Source: an uncultured candidate division Zixibacteria bacterium | GTDB lineage: Bacteria > Zixibacteria > MSB-5A5 > GN15 > PGXB01 | NCBI GenBank assembly: GCA_963702205.1 | Contig: OY969724.1 | Span: forward strand, 1,088,001-1,152,000 | DNA length: 64,000 nucleotides | Reading direction: 5' to 3' | Shown here: piece after piece, positions 38,125 to 48,942 of the stretch | Position numbering within the stretch: the first letter of the stretch is position 1 | Layout of the letters: each line of letters begins with the position of its first letter | The notes under the pieces: model-generated | The model's database searches: none | The model's input: the letters and a program-made list of their open reading frames with translations, nothing else | What the model was told of the DNA's origin: nothing | Program-made: the position numbers and the translations under genes

Positions 38125-39537
38125 TTATGGACAAACCGGATCTGGCCCCGGCGGATCAGCATAGGTAAAATCAATCAGGTACAATATATCGATCAGATTC
38201 GTGGCCCCGTCGGAGTTGACATCACCCGATTCCTGCGGATCGGGGGCGGGACCGGCCGGGTCGCCGTAAATGTTGTCGATCAGGTACAATATGTCGATAA
38301 GGTTTATATCTCCGTCGGCGTTTACGTCGCCGCAAACAAAGTCGCCCAGATCTATATATATCGAATCGAGCGGGGTGGTTGCGGAATTGACACCGTCCGA
38401 AAATTCAAAGGAGTACCTGTACCACCCGGTTTCGGTTACGTTCAGTTCAGTTTCAAAAACCGCACCGGCGATATAATTTTTCTCACAGGCGGTCATCTCA
38501 TATGGTGCACTAACGAAATTAAGATTTCTTGTGACCGGAAGGTTGTTATCGTCATCGGTATAGGTGACCGCCGCTGAAACGTGCCCGGCAGCATCCGAAG
38601 TAACGGCCTGATCACCAAGCTGCGGAGCGGAGTTGGCTGCCGAATAATCGAGAAGGTGCGACGATGGTATAAAAAGCGCGGCCTTGCCTTCGTCGTTGGT
38701 TGCAAGGGTCGTCAACGACAGCGTGGCTGTTATCGGCGCCGCCCCGACAAAACCAGACGGAGGCGGCCAGTCCGACCATCCCGGCTGGGTGGTGAGATCG
38801 GCGATGTTGCACGACAGACTGAGCGAATTGCCGCTGACATTGGTCATAATCGAACCGATCTGGGTCAGACTGCTGTCGGCCAGGTCCATGGCGTAAAGAC
38901 CGGTGGAATACAATACGGCATTGCCATAAAGCATCAAATATACGGTCGAATCGGTGGCATTGGGGTCGAGCAGCCCGATCATATACAGGTAATATGTAAA
39001 CAAGCCGCCCGAAGTCGGAAAACCGCCGCCGTCATTGTCCAGCCGAAAATAGAGCTTGTTGTCGGAGTACGATCCAAAGAGGTGCGTTATGTCGAGGTTG
39101 CTTCCCTCTCCGTTCTGATCGCCCGTGAGGTCGGCGCCCAGATCGACCATAAGGTACTGCGGGATAGGGAACTCGTCGGCTTCATTTTTGGGCGACTGGC
39201 TGACCACGGCCGTATCCGTGACGGAGCGGAAATACCATTCGAGCGTTCCCGACGGCGGCTGATAGCTGATTGATCCCGAGTATGTCCGGGTGGAGCAGGC
39301 TTGATACGCCAGGTTAATTTCGGCGCTGTCCCAGCTTGTCGCGGAATAATCCCGATATACGACCCGATGGCCCGCGGCCATATTCATATAAAGTGAATCG
39401 ACAATATCGAAATTGAAAAAAGTCATAGCCGCCGGGGCACTGGACGTCGCATACTCATAGGGCTGCGAGTACTGCTGGGCCATCGACGCCGAGGCAAGCA
39501 AAATCATGACAATTATAAGAAAAACAGATTTAATCAT
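38125..39537 (-). CDS. Secreted dockerin-domain protein
   Basis: Signal peptide; duplicated GDVNADGDINLIDILYLI / GDVNSDGATNLIDILYLI. Confidence 0.88.
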   Translation of the reverse strand: MIKSVFLIIVMILLASASMAQQYSQPYEYATSSAPAAMTFFNFDIVDSLYMNMAAGHRVVYRDYSATSWDSAEINLAYQACSTRTYSGSISYQPPSGTLEWYFRSVTDTAVVSQSPKNEADEFPIPQYLMVDLGADLTGDQNGEGSNLDITHLFGSYSDNKLYFRLDNDGGGFPTSGGLFTYYLYMIGLLDPNATDSTVYLMLYGNAVLYSTGLYAMDLADSSLTQIGSIMTNVSGNSLSLSCNIADLTTQPGWSDWPPPSGFVGAAPITATLSLTTLATNDEGKAALFIPSSHLLDYSAANSAPQLGDQAVTSDAAGHVSAAVTYTDDDNNLPVTRNLNFVSAPYEMTACEKNYIAGAVFETELNVTETGWYRYSFEFSDGVNSATTPLDSIYIDLGDFVCGDVNADGDINLIDILYLIDNIYGDPAGPAPDPQESGDVNSDGATNLIDILYLIDFTYADPPGPDPVCP

Positions 39538-39695
39538 TTAACCTACATAATCGCCGGTTTGGAGCCATATAAATCAATATAATCAAGATCGAAAATCCTG
39601 CAACCGCCTTTTATCGGGTAGTCGGGATTATGAAATCGGACCCAAAAGTATTGATGGCAGCTAATAAGTACAATATAGGGAATCGGTTGAAATAA

Positions 39696-39728
39696 GAAAG
39701 GCAGGCCCGGATTGAGCCTGCCTTTTTG
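39696..39728 (-). terminator. Intrinsic terminator
   Basis: AAAGGCAGGC..GCCTGCCTTT. Confidence 0.75.
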
Positions 39729-39737
39729 AATTGGAAG

Positions 39738-41464
39738 CTATTTTAGAAGCACCATTTTTCTCGTGGCGCGAAATTGCTCGGTTTCGATGCGATAAAAATA
39801 CACACCGGTCGCCACCGGACGCCCGTCGGCGTCGCGGCCGTTCCACTGGACCGTGTGTTCACCGGCCGAGATTTCATTGTCGACCAGCGTCGCAACCTTC
39901 TGACCGATCATATTATAGACGGCTATGTTGACGTGCGTGCGCTGCTCCAGCGAATACGCGATAGTCGTTATCGGGTTGAACGGGTTGGGATAGTTCGGTT
40001 CCAGTCTGAAGCGGTCGGGAAGAGTCGCGAGGTCGTCGTCGTTTGACTGCACCAGCGACGGATCGGTGCGGATGCGCAGAGCGGCATCGACCGACATCCC
40101 GCCTCCGAGCTCGAACCAGCTGTAGCTGGCACCGCTGCTGGATATATAGGTAGTCGAAGCCTCAATCGGGGCGGTGTTATCGCAGACGACGGGAAAGTTA
40201 TAACTTTCATCGGTAAACTTGACCGCGACGAAAATCGGGTCGCCGGAAGTAAGATCGACCGGCGCGACCAGGGCTATCGAATGATATCCCGGCTCGGCGA
40301 AAGACGTGTCATAGCGGTACCCAGCAGATTGCTCAACGTTCCGCTGGTCGTGTTGAAGTCATCGTAGACGTACACGTCGACGTCGGTCGTGGCATCGGTC
40401 GTCCAGAATTCGACACGGGTCAGTTTGGTATTTTCGACCGGCGTGAATTTGCTCATCGCCCAGCAGGTCGTACTTCCAAATCCCAGTTGGGTCACCCAAC
40501 CGCCTTCATCGTAATAGTACAAATTCTGGGTGGAATCGTAATCGGTCAGGTTGACCGACACCGCCGACCAGGTACCGATATTGGCGGAACCATAGGCGAT
40601 ATAAAAATATCCGCGCTCGGCGCCATAACCGCAGGTGCCGCCCCAGCCGGTTCCCCAGCTGTTTTTGACAATCCATCCGCCGGTGCCGCCGGCGTGCACG
40701 AGGTTATCATCCCAGCCGACAATCAAAACGGCGTGATTGGATTGATAGGTGCCGGAATAGTACATGGTATACGAACCGTCGTAGTTATTCATCTCCGTAT
40801 TCCACGACGGATCGCTGCCGTCACCCGCATAATAGGTCGTGTAAACCGGGCCGTAATTGTAAATATAACTCTTGAGGATGGAGTCGTCTGGCACGGAAGC
40901 AGTCGAGATGATCAGCCAGTCGAGCAAAACCTTCTGTGGTGTGCAGGAGGAATTGCAGGAGACGTCGGAAGCGACATAGGGGTCGCAGGATTCGAGGATG
41001 GTTCCTTTTTTGGAAAACAGGTCAGCGAGATCATAGCACGATCCGCCGCTGCACGAGCGGTCCCAATAGTTACACTCTTTGGCATTGTTTTCGGAGAAAT
41101 CATAGGTCGTGCCCTCGGTTATAAGCAGCCGGGATTCGATATTGGCAATTCCGGCAAACGAATAGCAGGCGCCGCAGACGCTTTGATTTTTGACCGGGGT
41201 CACCTTGCCGGTTTCACGCCAGTCGAAACGAGTCGGCAAAGCCGAGGCGATCTGTCGGCCCCCCCGACGATCTACCGATACCATGCGCGGATGGACGTGG
41301 TCGAGGTCCATGCGCGGGGCGATAAAACCGTAATCGCTGCCGGGTGAGGCCGGTTTGATCGGGGCGATCTGCGGTTTTTCCGGCACGGCCCCGTAGGCGG
41401 CGGCTATAAGAAAGATCGATAAGAAAATTATACTTTGTTTCAGATAGCGGAAATTCATGGGCAT
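39738..41464 (-). pseudogene. Papain-family (C1A) cysteine peptidase with lectin-like domain and T9SS/FlgD-like CTD; one frameshift near 40315
   Basis: FDWR..PVKNQSVCGACYSF, NHAVLIVGWDD, KNSWG; alternative frame YDTSFAEPGYHSI.. runs without stops into ORF 39738..40097 (NYPNPFN..KMVLLK). Confidence 0.85.
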
Positions 41465-41648
41465 TGACCCTCCTGAATGAATATTTCTCTCTTTTATCCT
41501 GATTTTCGGCCGTCCGACAAGGCTTCGTAAGACATTTGTATCGTGAATCTGATTTATGGCCAAATATTGATTATTTGCTAAACAGACGCAGGAGAGCGAA
41601 CCTGACGAGTATGGGGCGCCTCCCATATTCTTTTGACAGAGAAGCGTT

Positions 41649-42608
41649 TTGGCGTATATTGGGGCCGTGAAGACCGGAGATAAAATTGCCGTGCTGGGTT
41701 ACGGGTCTCAGGGACGGGCCTGGGCGTTGAACCTCAAAGATTCCGGGTGTGACGTTATAATCGGGCTGCCCTCGAAAGCCAGGTCCCGCAATCTGGCCCG
41801 CCGTGACGGTTGGACTGGCATAACCACGGTGGACCGTGCGTCGGGGCTGGCGGATATGATAATCATGGCTTTCCCCGACCATCTCCACGGCCGCGTCTTC
41901 GAAAATGAAATCGCGCCGTATCTGAAACCGGGATCGGCGCTGGTCTTTCTGCACGGATTCTCGGTGCATTTCAGGACGGTTAAGCCGCCAAGGGACTGCG
42001 ATATAATTCTTCTCGCCCCGCTCGGACCGGGGACAGCCGTGCGCTCCCAGTATATTGAAAAAAAATCTATAGGATATTTTCATGCGATCCATCAGGACGG
42101 CTCCGGCCGGGCCAAAAAACGGCTCGATTTTTTGATACGTGGATTGAAAATCGACAAAAAAGCTCTGATCAAAACCACATTTGAAGACGAGGCTATTGGC
42201 GACCTGTTCGGAGAACAGGCGGTGCTGTGCGGGGGACTGTCGCAGTTAATTCTGGCCGGGTATGAGACGCTGGTCAAGGCCGGACTGCCGTCGGACAAGG
42301 CTTATCTCGAAGTGTGCTACCAGATTGACCTGATCGTCGATTTGATAAAACGCCACGGTATTGAAGGCATGTTCGGTCGGATCTCGGTCGCGGCGCGCTA
42401 CGGATCGCTTTTGAGCGGTCGCAAAATCATCGACCGGAATGTCCGCAAAAGTATGAAAGCTATTTATGACGATATCAAGTCCGGCCGTTTCGCCGATAAA
42501 CTTAATTCTCTGAGCGATCTTAAACTGAAGACGCTCAATGACGACCTCAAGAAGCTGTCAAATCCGTCCTTTGAAAAATCCGTCCGCAAGTTCTCCGATA
42601 AGAAATAG
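41649..42608 (+). CDS. ilvC: Ketol-acid reductoisomerase
   Basis: IAVLGYGSQGRAWALNLKDSG, HGFSVHF, DLFGEQAVLCGG. Confidence 0.95.
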   Translation: MAYIGAVKTGDKIAVLGYGSQGRAWALNLKDSGCDVIIGLPSKARSRNLARRDGWTGITTVDRASGLADMIIMAFPDHLHGRVFENEIAPYLKPGSALVFLHGFSVHFRTVKPPRDCDIILLAPLGPGTAVRSQYIEKKSIGYFHAIHQDGSGRAKKRLDFLIRGLKIDKKALIKTTFEDEAIGDLFGEQAVLCGGLSQLILAGYETLVKAGLPSDKAYLEVCYQIDLIVDLIKRHGIEGMFGRISVAARYGSLLSGRKIIDRNVRKSMKAIYDDIKSGRFADKLNSLSDLKLKTLNDDLKKLSNPSFEKSVRKFSDKK

Positions 42609-42700
42609 CCGGTTCGGTCACATCAATCTTTGCATGAATTTTTGTTGATTCCCGGGCACCGCGCCTTGATCTTTAATGACCAAATAATAACAGCGAAGAA

Positions 42701-44720
42701 ATGATTATGAAAAACGTACTTAAAATATTTCTGGTTCTTATCGTACTGCTCGGCCTGGCCGTGCTATTGTATTTTTTCAATCCCCTCGGTTTCGGCAAAG
42801 GCAAAAACGCCGCACTGGCGGAAATCATTCATTACGAAGACGTCCGTTTCGCACCCAAAGAGCTGATGACTTATCTGTCCGACAAAGACCCAGATATCCG
42901 CAGTCGCGCCGCTCTGGCAATCGGGCGGATCAACGACCCGAAAACGATCGAGTCGCTCTTCCCCCTGCTAAATGATTCGTCGACACAGGTCGCGTCATCG
43001 GCAGCGTTTGCTATCGGCCTGAGCGGCCATCCCGAATACGCCCGGACTTTGATTCGCAACTGTGACATTTATGAAGCCGAGGTTCGCGCGGCAGTGATAC
43101 GAGCGGTCGGGTTTTTGGCGGACAGGACCTGTGCCCGACGTTTACGACGGAATCAAAGTCTTTCTGTCCGATCCCGATCACCGCGTCCGCGAACAGGCGG
43201 CGATGGCTTCGTTCCGCGCGCACGACCGCAGCGCCGCGCCGGATTTGATAAATATCTGCCGCAATGACCCGGTGCGAACCGTCAGGGTGGCGGCTCTATT
43301 CACCCTCGTAAGACTGCGTTCGACCGACGATCTCGGACTCTACGTCGACTGGCTGCCCGACAGCGATCCATTTGTGAGGTCGCTGGCCCTGCGCGGTCTG
43401 GCTCTGTCCAAAGACACCGCCGAAATAAGAAACCTCGCCGGCGGCCTCAACGACCGCGATAACGGTGTCGTCGCCGAGGCAATAACCTCTTTATCGAAAA
43501 TCGAGTCTCCGCGTGCGGTTAAATATCTTTATGACCGCTATCTCGACGAATCCGATGAAAAACTCCGGGTGCTGTTTTTGCAGACTTTCAGTCGACTTAA
43601 AAACGACGTCGCCGAAGGCCCGGCGCTGGATGCCATCCACGAGGATTCCAGCATCAATATCAAAGCGGCGGCTATCGAATATCTTCTCAAAATCCGGGGT
43701 CCGGAAATGCTGGCCCTGACAGATTCGCTTCTGGATCTGAAAAACCGATTTTTAACTCTGACCATAATTCAGGCCCTGGCCGAGGTCAACGAAGAGACCG
43801 TCGAACTGAGACTGAAAGGTCTGGCCGACGACAGCTCGGCCGTCATCAGGGCCTATGCCTTCGACGCCCTTTGCACGGTCGATTCGGCCAGCGCCGCCAA
43901 AGTCAATTACAATATCGATAAAGCCCTGGGTGATACCAGTTATGTCGTGGTAACCGCCGCCGTCGATTATATCGGCCAGCACCGGCTGAGCGGACATCTG
44001 CCCCAGCTTAATACCATCATGAAAATGGAAACGATGGCACATCCCGACCTGCGGCGTTCGGTGGTGCAGGCGGCGGCCTCCATTCTTAAAAGCGATACGA
44101 CTATACAGGCGGCAGAAGAAATTCTATATATGGGTCTGCACGATAAAGACTACGTGGTCAGTCTTACCGCCGCCGATTCTTATAAAAACGTCCTCGGCGT
44201 CGATAAGTCGCAATATATCAGCCGCCCCAGGGAGATGGCCACGGTCGGAGCGATTAAGTCGTTTCTGAACAAATACAAAGTCAACCCACAGGCCGTAATC
44301 AGCACGTCGAAAGGCGATATCGAACTGGAACTCTATGCCGACGTCGCCCCGCTGGCGGTTATTAATTTCATCCGTCTGGCCGGGCAGGACTTCTACAAAG
44401 ACATAATCTTCCACCGGGTCATTCCTGATTTTGTCGTACAGGCGGGCGATCCCTTTGGTGTCGGCATCGGCGGGCCGGGTTATGAGATTCGCGGTGAACC
44501 GAGCGACGCCCCCTTTGACCGGGGCGCGCTGGGTATGGCCGACTCGGGCATGGATACCGGCGGCTCGCAGTTTTTTATAACGCTTTCGCCGCAGCCGCAC
44601 CTCGAAGGCCGTTATACTATGTTCGGACAGGTGCTTTCGGGCATGGACGTGGTCGATCAGGTCGTGCGCGGTGACGTTATAAAACATGTCGCCATCAGAA
44701 AAGGTGACGAACAGAAATGA
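42701..44720 (+). pseudogene. HEAT-repeat plus cyclophilin PPIase fusion, frameshifted near 43125
   Basis: HEAT repeats in both ORFs; FHRVIPDFVVQAGDP, DTGGSQFFIT. Confidence 0.85.
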
Positions 44721-45502
44721 AGAAAATCAACGCGATTTGGTTTTTCTTTGTTCTGACTTGTCCCTGCGTTATATCCGCCATCACGGTCGATGAATTGATC
44801 GACAAAGTTCTGGCGGTCCGTCAGATGCAGTTCAATTCTGTCAATGACATGGTTTGCACGGCCGAGCAGTACGAAAAGAAAGCCGATGGTGACGGTAATA
44901 TCAAGGAAACCAAGAAGCTCATTAAAACCGTCTACGTTAAAAAAATAGACGGCCGTTGGGCGGTCGAGGAAAACTTCGAAGAGTACTATCTGAACGGTCA
45001 GAAACAGGATGAAAAGGCGCTGGCCGATGAAGTTGAGCAGATAAAAAAGGACAAGAAACGGCGGGGTAACCGGGACCTGATGTATGATCTTCTCGCGCCG
45101 CTTTTAAGTAAGAATCGTCAGATGTACAGCTTTAAATTGGATCCGGTTGTGGTCGACAGGGACGGCTTCGACTGCTATCAATTGAACGGCACGGCCGCGT
45201 CGGATATCGATACTCTTCTGAATTACACTTACTATTTCGATACGGCGTCGTACCATCTGGTCAAAGCCGACTTCACCCCGGCCCAGCTAACCGATAATTT
45301 CTTTTTCAAACTGAAAGAATTCGATATGATCATGACTTTCGAGCCATACAATGATTCGCTCTGGGTGCCGTACCGGTTCAAAATCGCCGGCAAGGGTAAA
45401 GCCATGCTGTTCATCGGGGTTAACTTCGAGGCCGAAGAAATATATTTACACCCACGGATCAATGTCGGACTGCCCGATTCTCTGTTTTCGAATATTAAAT
45501 GA
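44717..45502 (+). CDS. Hypothetical secreted protein
   Basis: Signal peptide; overlaps the upstream stop. Confidence 0.75.
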   Translation: MKKINAIWFFFVLTCPCVISAITVDELIDKVLAVRQMQFNSVNDMVCTAEQYEKKADGDGNIKETKKLIKTVYVKKIDGRWAVEENFEEYYLNGQKQDEKALADEVEQIKKDKKRRGNRDLMYDLLAPLLSKNRQMYSFKLDPVVVDRDGFDCYQLNGTAASDIDTLLNYTYYFDTASYHLVKADFTPAQLTDNFFFKLKEFDMIMTFEPYNDSLWVPYRFKIAGKGKAMLFIGVNFEAEEIYLHPRINVGLPDSLFSNIK

Positions 45503-45515
45503 TCGAGGAGGATAG

Positions 45516-45998
45516 ATGAAGACCAAACTTATCAATTTGGAAATGCCCGGTGACGTCAACGTCATTTTCGGAATGACGCATTTTATAAAGACGGTGGAAG
45601 ATATTTATGAGATGATGGTCGGCGTTTCGTCGACGGTCAAATTCGGCGTCGCCTTTTGCGAGGCCTCGGGCCCGTGTTTGATTCGGTCCGACGGCAACGA
45701 GCCGGAACTGGTTAAACTGGCCGAAGAGCAAATGTTCGGAATCGCGTGCGGACACGCCTTCATTATATATATGCGCGACGGGTATCCGATCAATTTCCTG
45801 CCGAGACTTAAAATGATCCCCGAAATCTGCCGAATATTCTGCGCCACGGCCAATCCCGTTCAGATCGTGGTCGCCGAAACCGAACAGGGTCGGGGCGTGA
45901 TGGGTGTCATCGACGGCGGTATGCCCAAGGGTATCGAAACCGCCGCCGACAAGAAGAAACGCCACAAATTCCTGAGAGATATAGGGTACAAGAGATAA
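45516..45998 (+). CDS. Adenosine-specific kinase family (DUF355)
   Basis: HFIKTVED, FGVAFCEASG, IFCATANP, GRGVMGVIDG, FLRDIGYKR. Confidence 0.9.
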   Translation: MKTKLINLEMPGDVNVIFGMTHFIKTVEDIYEMMVGVSSTVKFGVAFCEASGPCLIRSDGNEPELVKLAEEQMFGIACGHAFIIYMRDGYPINFLPRLKMIPEICRIFCATANPVQIVVAETEQGRGVMGVIDGGMPKGIETAADKKKRHKFLRDIGYKR

Positions 45999-46020
45999 AA
46001 TCCACCACGGACGGTGTAAT

Positions 46021-46062
46021 AAAACCGGGCTCGCGTCTTTCTTTTTTGCGGGCCCGGTTTTA
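46021..46062. terminator. Bidirectional terminator
   Basis: AAAACCGGGC..GCCCGGTTTT. Confidence 0.75.
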
Positions 46063-46085
46063 ATTATTAATCCGAAAACTCGGAA

Positions 46086-46430
46086 TTAATCCCGAAAGAG
46101 GTAGTCACCCATCGCGTGCGATAGGATATTCTCGGTTTGCTCGTCGAGATTGATCATCGAGAAACCGATGTCGTATTCGTTGGTGTGGAGGTTGTGGCGA
46201 CACCACACGCTGCGAGCGTCGACACTTAAAACGTGTTCACCCGCGATGGCGTCGGGGATGGTCAGACCGAATTGAAAATAAGCCTCCGACTCGATCGGTT
46301 CGCTGGTCGATAACATAAGTCCGTCCACGGATAGGTTGATCAGGGTTCCGGCCGAATAGCCGGTACGCTCATCGACTACTTCCATATAGTACGACGGGCG
46401 TTTTCTGATGCTTTGTCTGCGGTTCTCCAT
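46086..46430 (-). CDS. PilZ domain protein
   Basis: RRQSIR (RxxxR) and NLSVDG (D/NxSxxG). Confidence 0.88.
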   Translation of the reverse strand: MENRRQSIRKRPSYYMEVVDERTGYSAGTLINLSVDGLMLSTSEPIESEAYFQFGLTIPDAIAGEHVLSVDARSVWCRHNLHTNEYDIGFSMINLDEQTENILSHAMGDYLFRD

Positions 46431-46651
46431 CTCTCCCCCTGTAGATTTCCAGCCATTAGTTTTATGGAATATTATAAATGAATAGCCCGTAGGCAACAAA
46501 AAAATCGAGACGAATCCTATTGCAATACCGGGGTATAAACGGGCCCGGGAGATCGCGCTCTTGACAACTGTCTTATTTCTGGTAGCTCACCCAACGGGTG
46601 AGTGAGCATGTTATAGCAATCCCAATGGTCCAATAGGTGACCCTCCGAAGA

Positions 46652-46801
46652 GGCTTGTTGAAAAACCAGTAGGTCGGCTTCCGAATCCTGACGAAGTCAG
46701 GAGAGAAAGCCGACATCTTGTTGTCGGGTTTCTCGTTACGCTTCGCTCCACTCGGAACCCGACCTACTTCTTGCACCATACGAGCATTTTTTCAACAGGC
46801 C
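46652..46801. mobile_element. MITE-like element enclosing a GTAG..CTAC REP doublet
   Basis: GGCTTGTTGAAAAA / TTTTTCAACAGGCC terminal IRs (1 mismatch); internal GTAGGTCGG..CCGACCTAC. Confidence 0.7.
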
Positions 46802-46865
46802 AAAATTAATTTGGAGGGGTTTAATCACCCTGATCCTTGTGACGGACGCTCCAGAGGTCTTTTCT

Positions 46866-47345
46866 TTATTCGGTAAATTCCTGTTCGGTAGCCGCAAGGC
46901 GCTTTTCGGCTTCGAGCCAGTCTTCATGGTCGAGCCCGTCGTTTTTTCCCCGTTTCTCGAACAAGTTGTACGCCACCTGGCGGATGTCGGCTTCACGGTT
47001 GTTCTCGCCGCTCAGTTCCAGGCGGGCCTTCGTGCCGTCTTTCGCTTCGATTTCGAGGTGGGCGTCGAAGCCATGGTCGTCCTGCAACAGCCGGATACTG
47101 GCCGGGTCTTTGATGACAACCGACGGCTCATAGATCTGTTCCGGGTTGTTGGATAACGTACACAATTCCAGACCGTCAATGAGACGACCCTTTTTTGTCA
47201 GTGCCAGCCCGATAAACGGACGGCTTGAGATCACGGATTTTTTGCCATTTTTCGCGAGGCTGATATTGATCGAACGATGTTGATGATCGTGACTGAATTT
47301 TTTGCAGAACCGCGACCAGGTATTGCGTTTGATTTCCCTGGACAT
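46866..47345 (-). CDS. DUF5335-like plus DUF2934 domain protein
   Basis: IKRNTWSRFCKKFSHDH; IRQVAYNLFEKRG..DHEDWLEAE. Confidence 0.75.
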   Translation of the reverse strand: MSREIKRNTWSRFCKKFSHDHQHRSINISLAKNGKKSVISSRPFIGLALTKKGRLIDGLELCTLSNNPEQIYEPSVVIKDPASIRLLQDDHGFDAHLEIEAKDGTKARLELSGENNREADIRQVAYNLFEKRGKNDGLDHEDWLEAEKRLAATEQEFTE

Positions 47346-47464
47346 CACTTCCTCCCTAAAAATTCCTTGTCCTTGTGCTCCACTATGGGACATTTCCCAT
47401 ATATTAATTTATTTCGGCAGTTTTCCTGTCCGGTACAGCCTATACGTTATACTTTAGAAAATTA

Positions 47465-48658
47465 TTAGCCGTTCGTTGTCAAACGAATAATCGGGGCTTC
47501 GGTGGGACAACCAAGGCGGAACGGGAACCAGTGCCCGACTCCCGATGAAAGATACATGCGGCTGGGGCTGATAACGTATTCTCCCCATAAGTATTTGCCG
47601 GGCATGAAAATATTAAACAAACTGCGGCCGTCGAAGCCGATCTGTCCGCCGTGCGTGTGCCCGGACAGTGTCAAATTTATATTGTGCTCGGCCGCGTAAT
47701 CAAAGCCCTCCGGCCGATGACACATCAAAATCCTGAAATCTGTTTCCGGTTGATTTTGCAGAGCCTCACCGATTGATCTCTTCAAAAACGGGCGGGGGTC
47801 TTCGCGCAAAGAAACGGGATCGTCGGCGCCGGCAATCAGGATGCTCGTTTCGCCCTTTTTTATGACGGCACTGCTGCTGCGCAGAAGCGGGATTTCGCTT
47901 TTATCGAAAATACTCAGGACTTTTTCTATGCCACGGTAATATTCATGATTGCCAAGACAGGCAAAATGACCGTAGGGTGCCTTGAATTCACTGACCAGCT
48001 TCAAGGTGTCGGGAAGCAGGGGCAGATGATCGGCAATATCGCCGGTATAAAGGACCAGATCCGGGTGGTATTCCTCCGCCTTGAGAAGGGCCTCTTCAAC
48101 GTCTTTGACATACTTATAAATGCCGAGGTGCGAGTCGGTCAGCTGGAGGATTTTAAACCCTTCCAGCTCAGGCGGCAGGTTCTTGTAGGTCATATCTTTG
48201 ACTTCGACTTTGGTCCCGCCGAAGGCACCTCCCACGCCGCCGACCGACATGGCGACAGCCGTTACGGGAAGAGCCGCCGCCGCGCCTTGCAGGAATACCC
48301 GCCGCCCCTGATCCGGGACGGACGATGAACCGGTTTTGGCTTGTTTCTTTTCATGGCGGTGAAGCAGGCGATTGAAAATACCCGATATCGGCAGCGAAAG
48401 CATCAGGGCGACCAGCATGACCAGCGTCGCCGCGGTAGCGGTGGCCCCGGCCTTGAAGACGAACCATTGACGATCGTAAAATCCGATAAACCAGGCCAAT
48501 ATTGAAAGCAGGCCGGCCACCGGGACGCCGATAGTTGCCCAGCGGATGTATTTATTCTTCCACCAGCGGCGGTTGAGCGAGCGCATCAGTAGTATTTCGA
48601 TAAGACCGAAAATCGCAACAATAATCGCCGCAAATATGATCGGGTATATAATTCTCAT
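47465..48658 (-). CDS. Membrane-bound metallophosphoesterase (YkuE/YaeI-like)
   Basis: DSH, GD, GNHE, GHTHGGQ motifs. Confidence 0.92.
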   Translation of the reverse strand: MRIIYPIIFAAIIVAIFGLIEILLMRSLNRRWWKNKYIRWATIGVPVAGLLSILAWFIGFYDRQWFVFKAGATATAATLVMLVALMLSLPISGIFNRLLHRHEKKQAKTGSSSVPDQGRRVFLQGAAAALPVTAVAMSVGGVGGAFGGTKVEVKDMTYKNLPPELEGFKILQLTDSHLGIYKYVKDVEEALLKAEEYHPDLVLYTGDIADHLPLLPDTLKLVSEFKAPYGHFACLGNHEYYRGIEKVLSIFDKSEIPLLRSSSAVIKKGETSILIAGADDPVSLREDPRPFLKRSIGEALQNQPETDFRILMCHRPEGFDYAAEHNINLTLSGHTHGGQIGFDGRSLFNIFMPGKYLWGEYVISPSRMYLSSGVGHWFPFRLGCPTEAPIIRLTTNG

Positions 48659-48771
48659 CGTGTTTAATTATACGGTACTTTTTATTTCATGCCCAGAAAA
48701 ATTGCCGGATATTGTTTTAAGAAATCCCTTGCCTGCGGCGTTGATGTCTGCGTATATTAATCGCGACAATA

Positions 48772-48856
48772 AATCCGTTGGGGGTGGCGTAAAAATTTCG
48801 CCTGAGATTATACCCCCTAACCTGATCCGGGTAATGCCGGCGTAGGGAAACGGGCA
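48772..48856 (+). ncRNA. TPP riboswitch
   Basis: GGGGTG..CTGAGA..ACCC..AACCTGATCCGGGTAATGCCGGCGTAGGGAA consensus. Confidence 0.93.
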
Positions 48857-48881
48857 GAAGTACAGGCTTTTTGCCGTTGAT

Positions 48882-48918
48882 CCGTCCATGCCGGTTATTC
48901 CGGTCGGACGGTTTTTTG
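48882..48918 (+). terminator. Riboswitch expression-platform terminator
   Basis: CCGTCC..GGACGG plus T6. Confidence 0.75.
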
Positions 48919-48942
48919 ATTTTTGGCAAAGGAGCCTGTATT

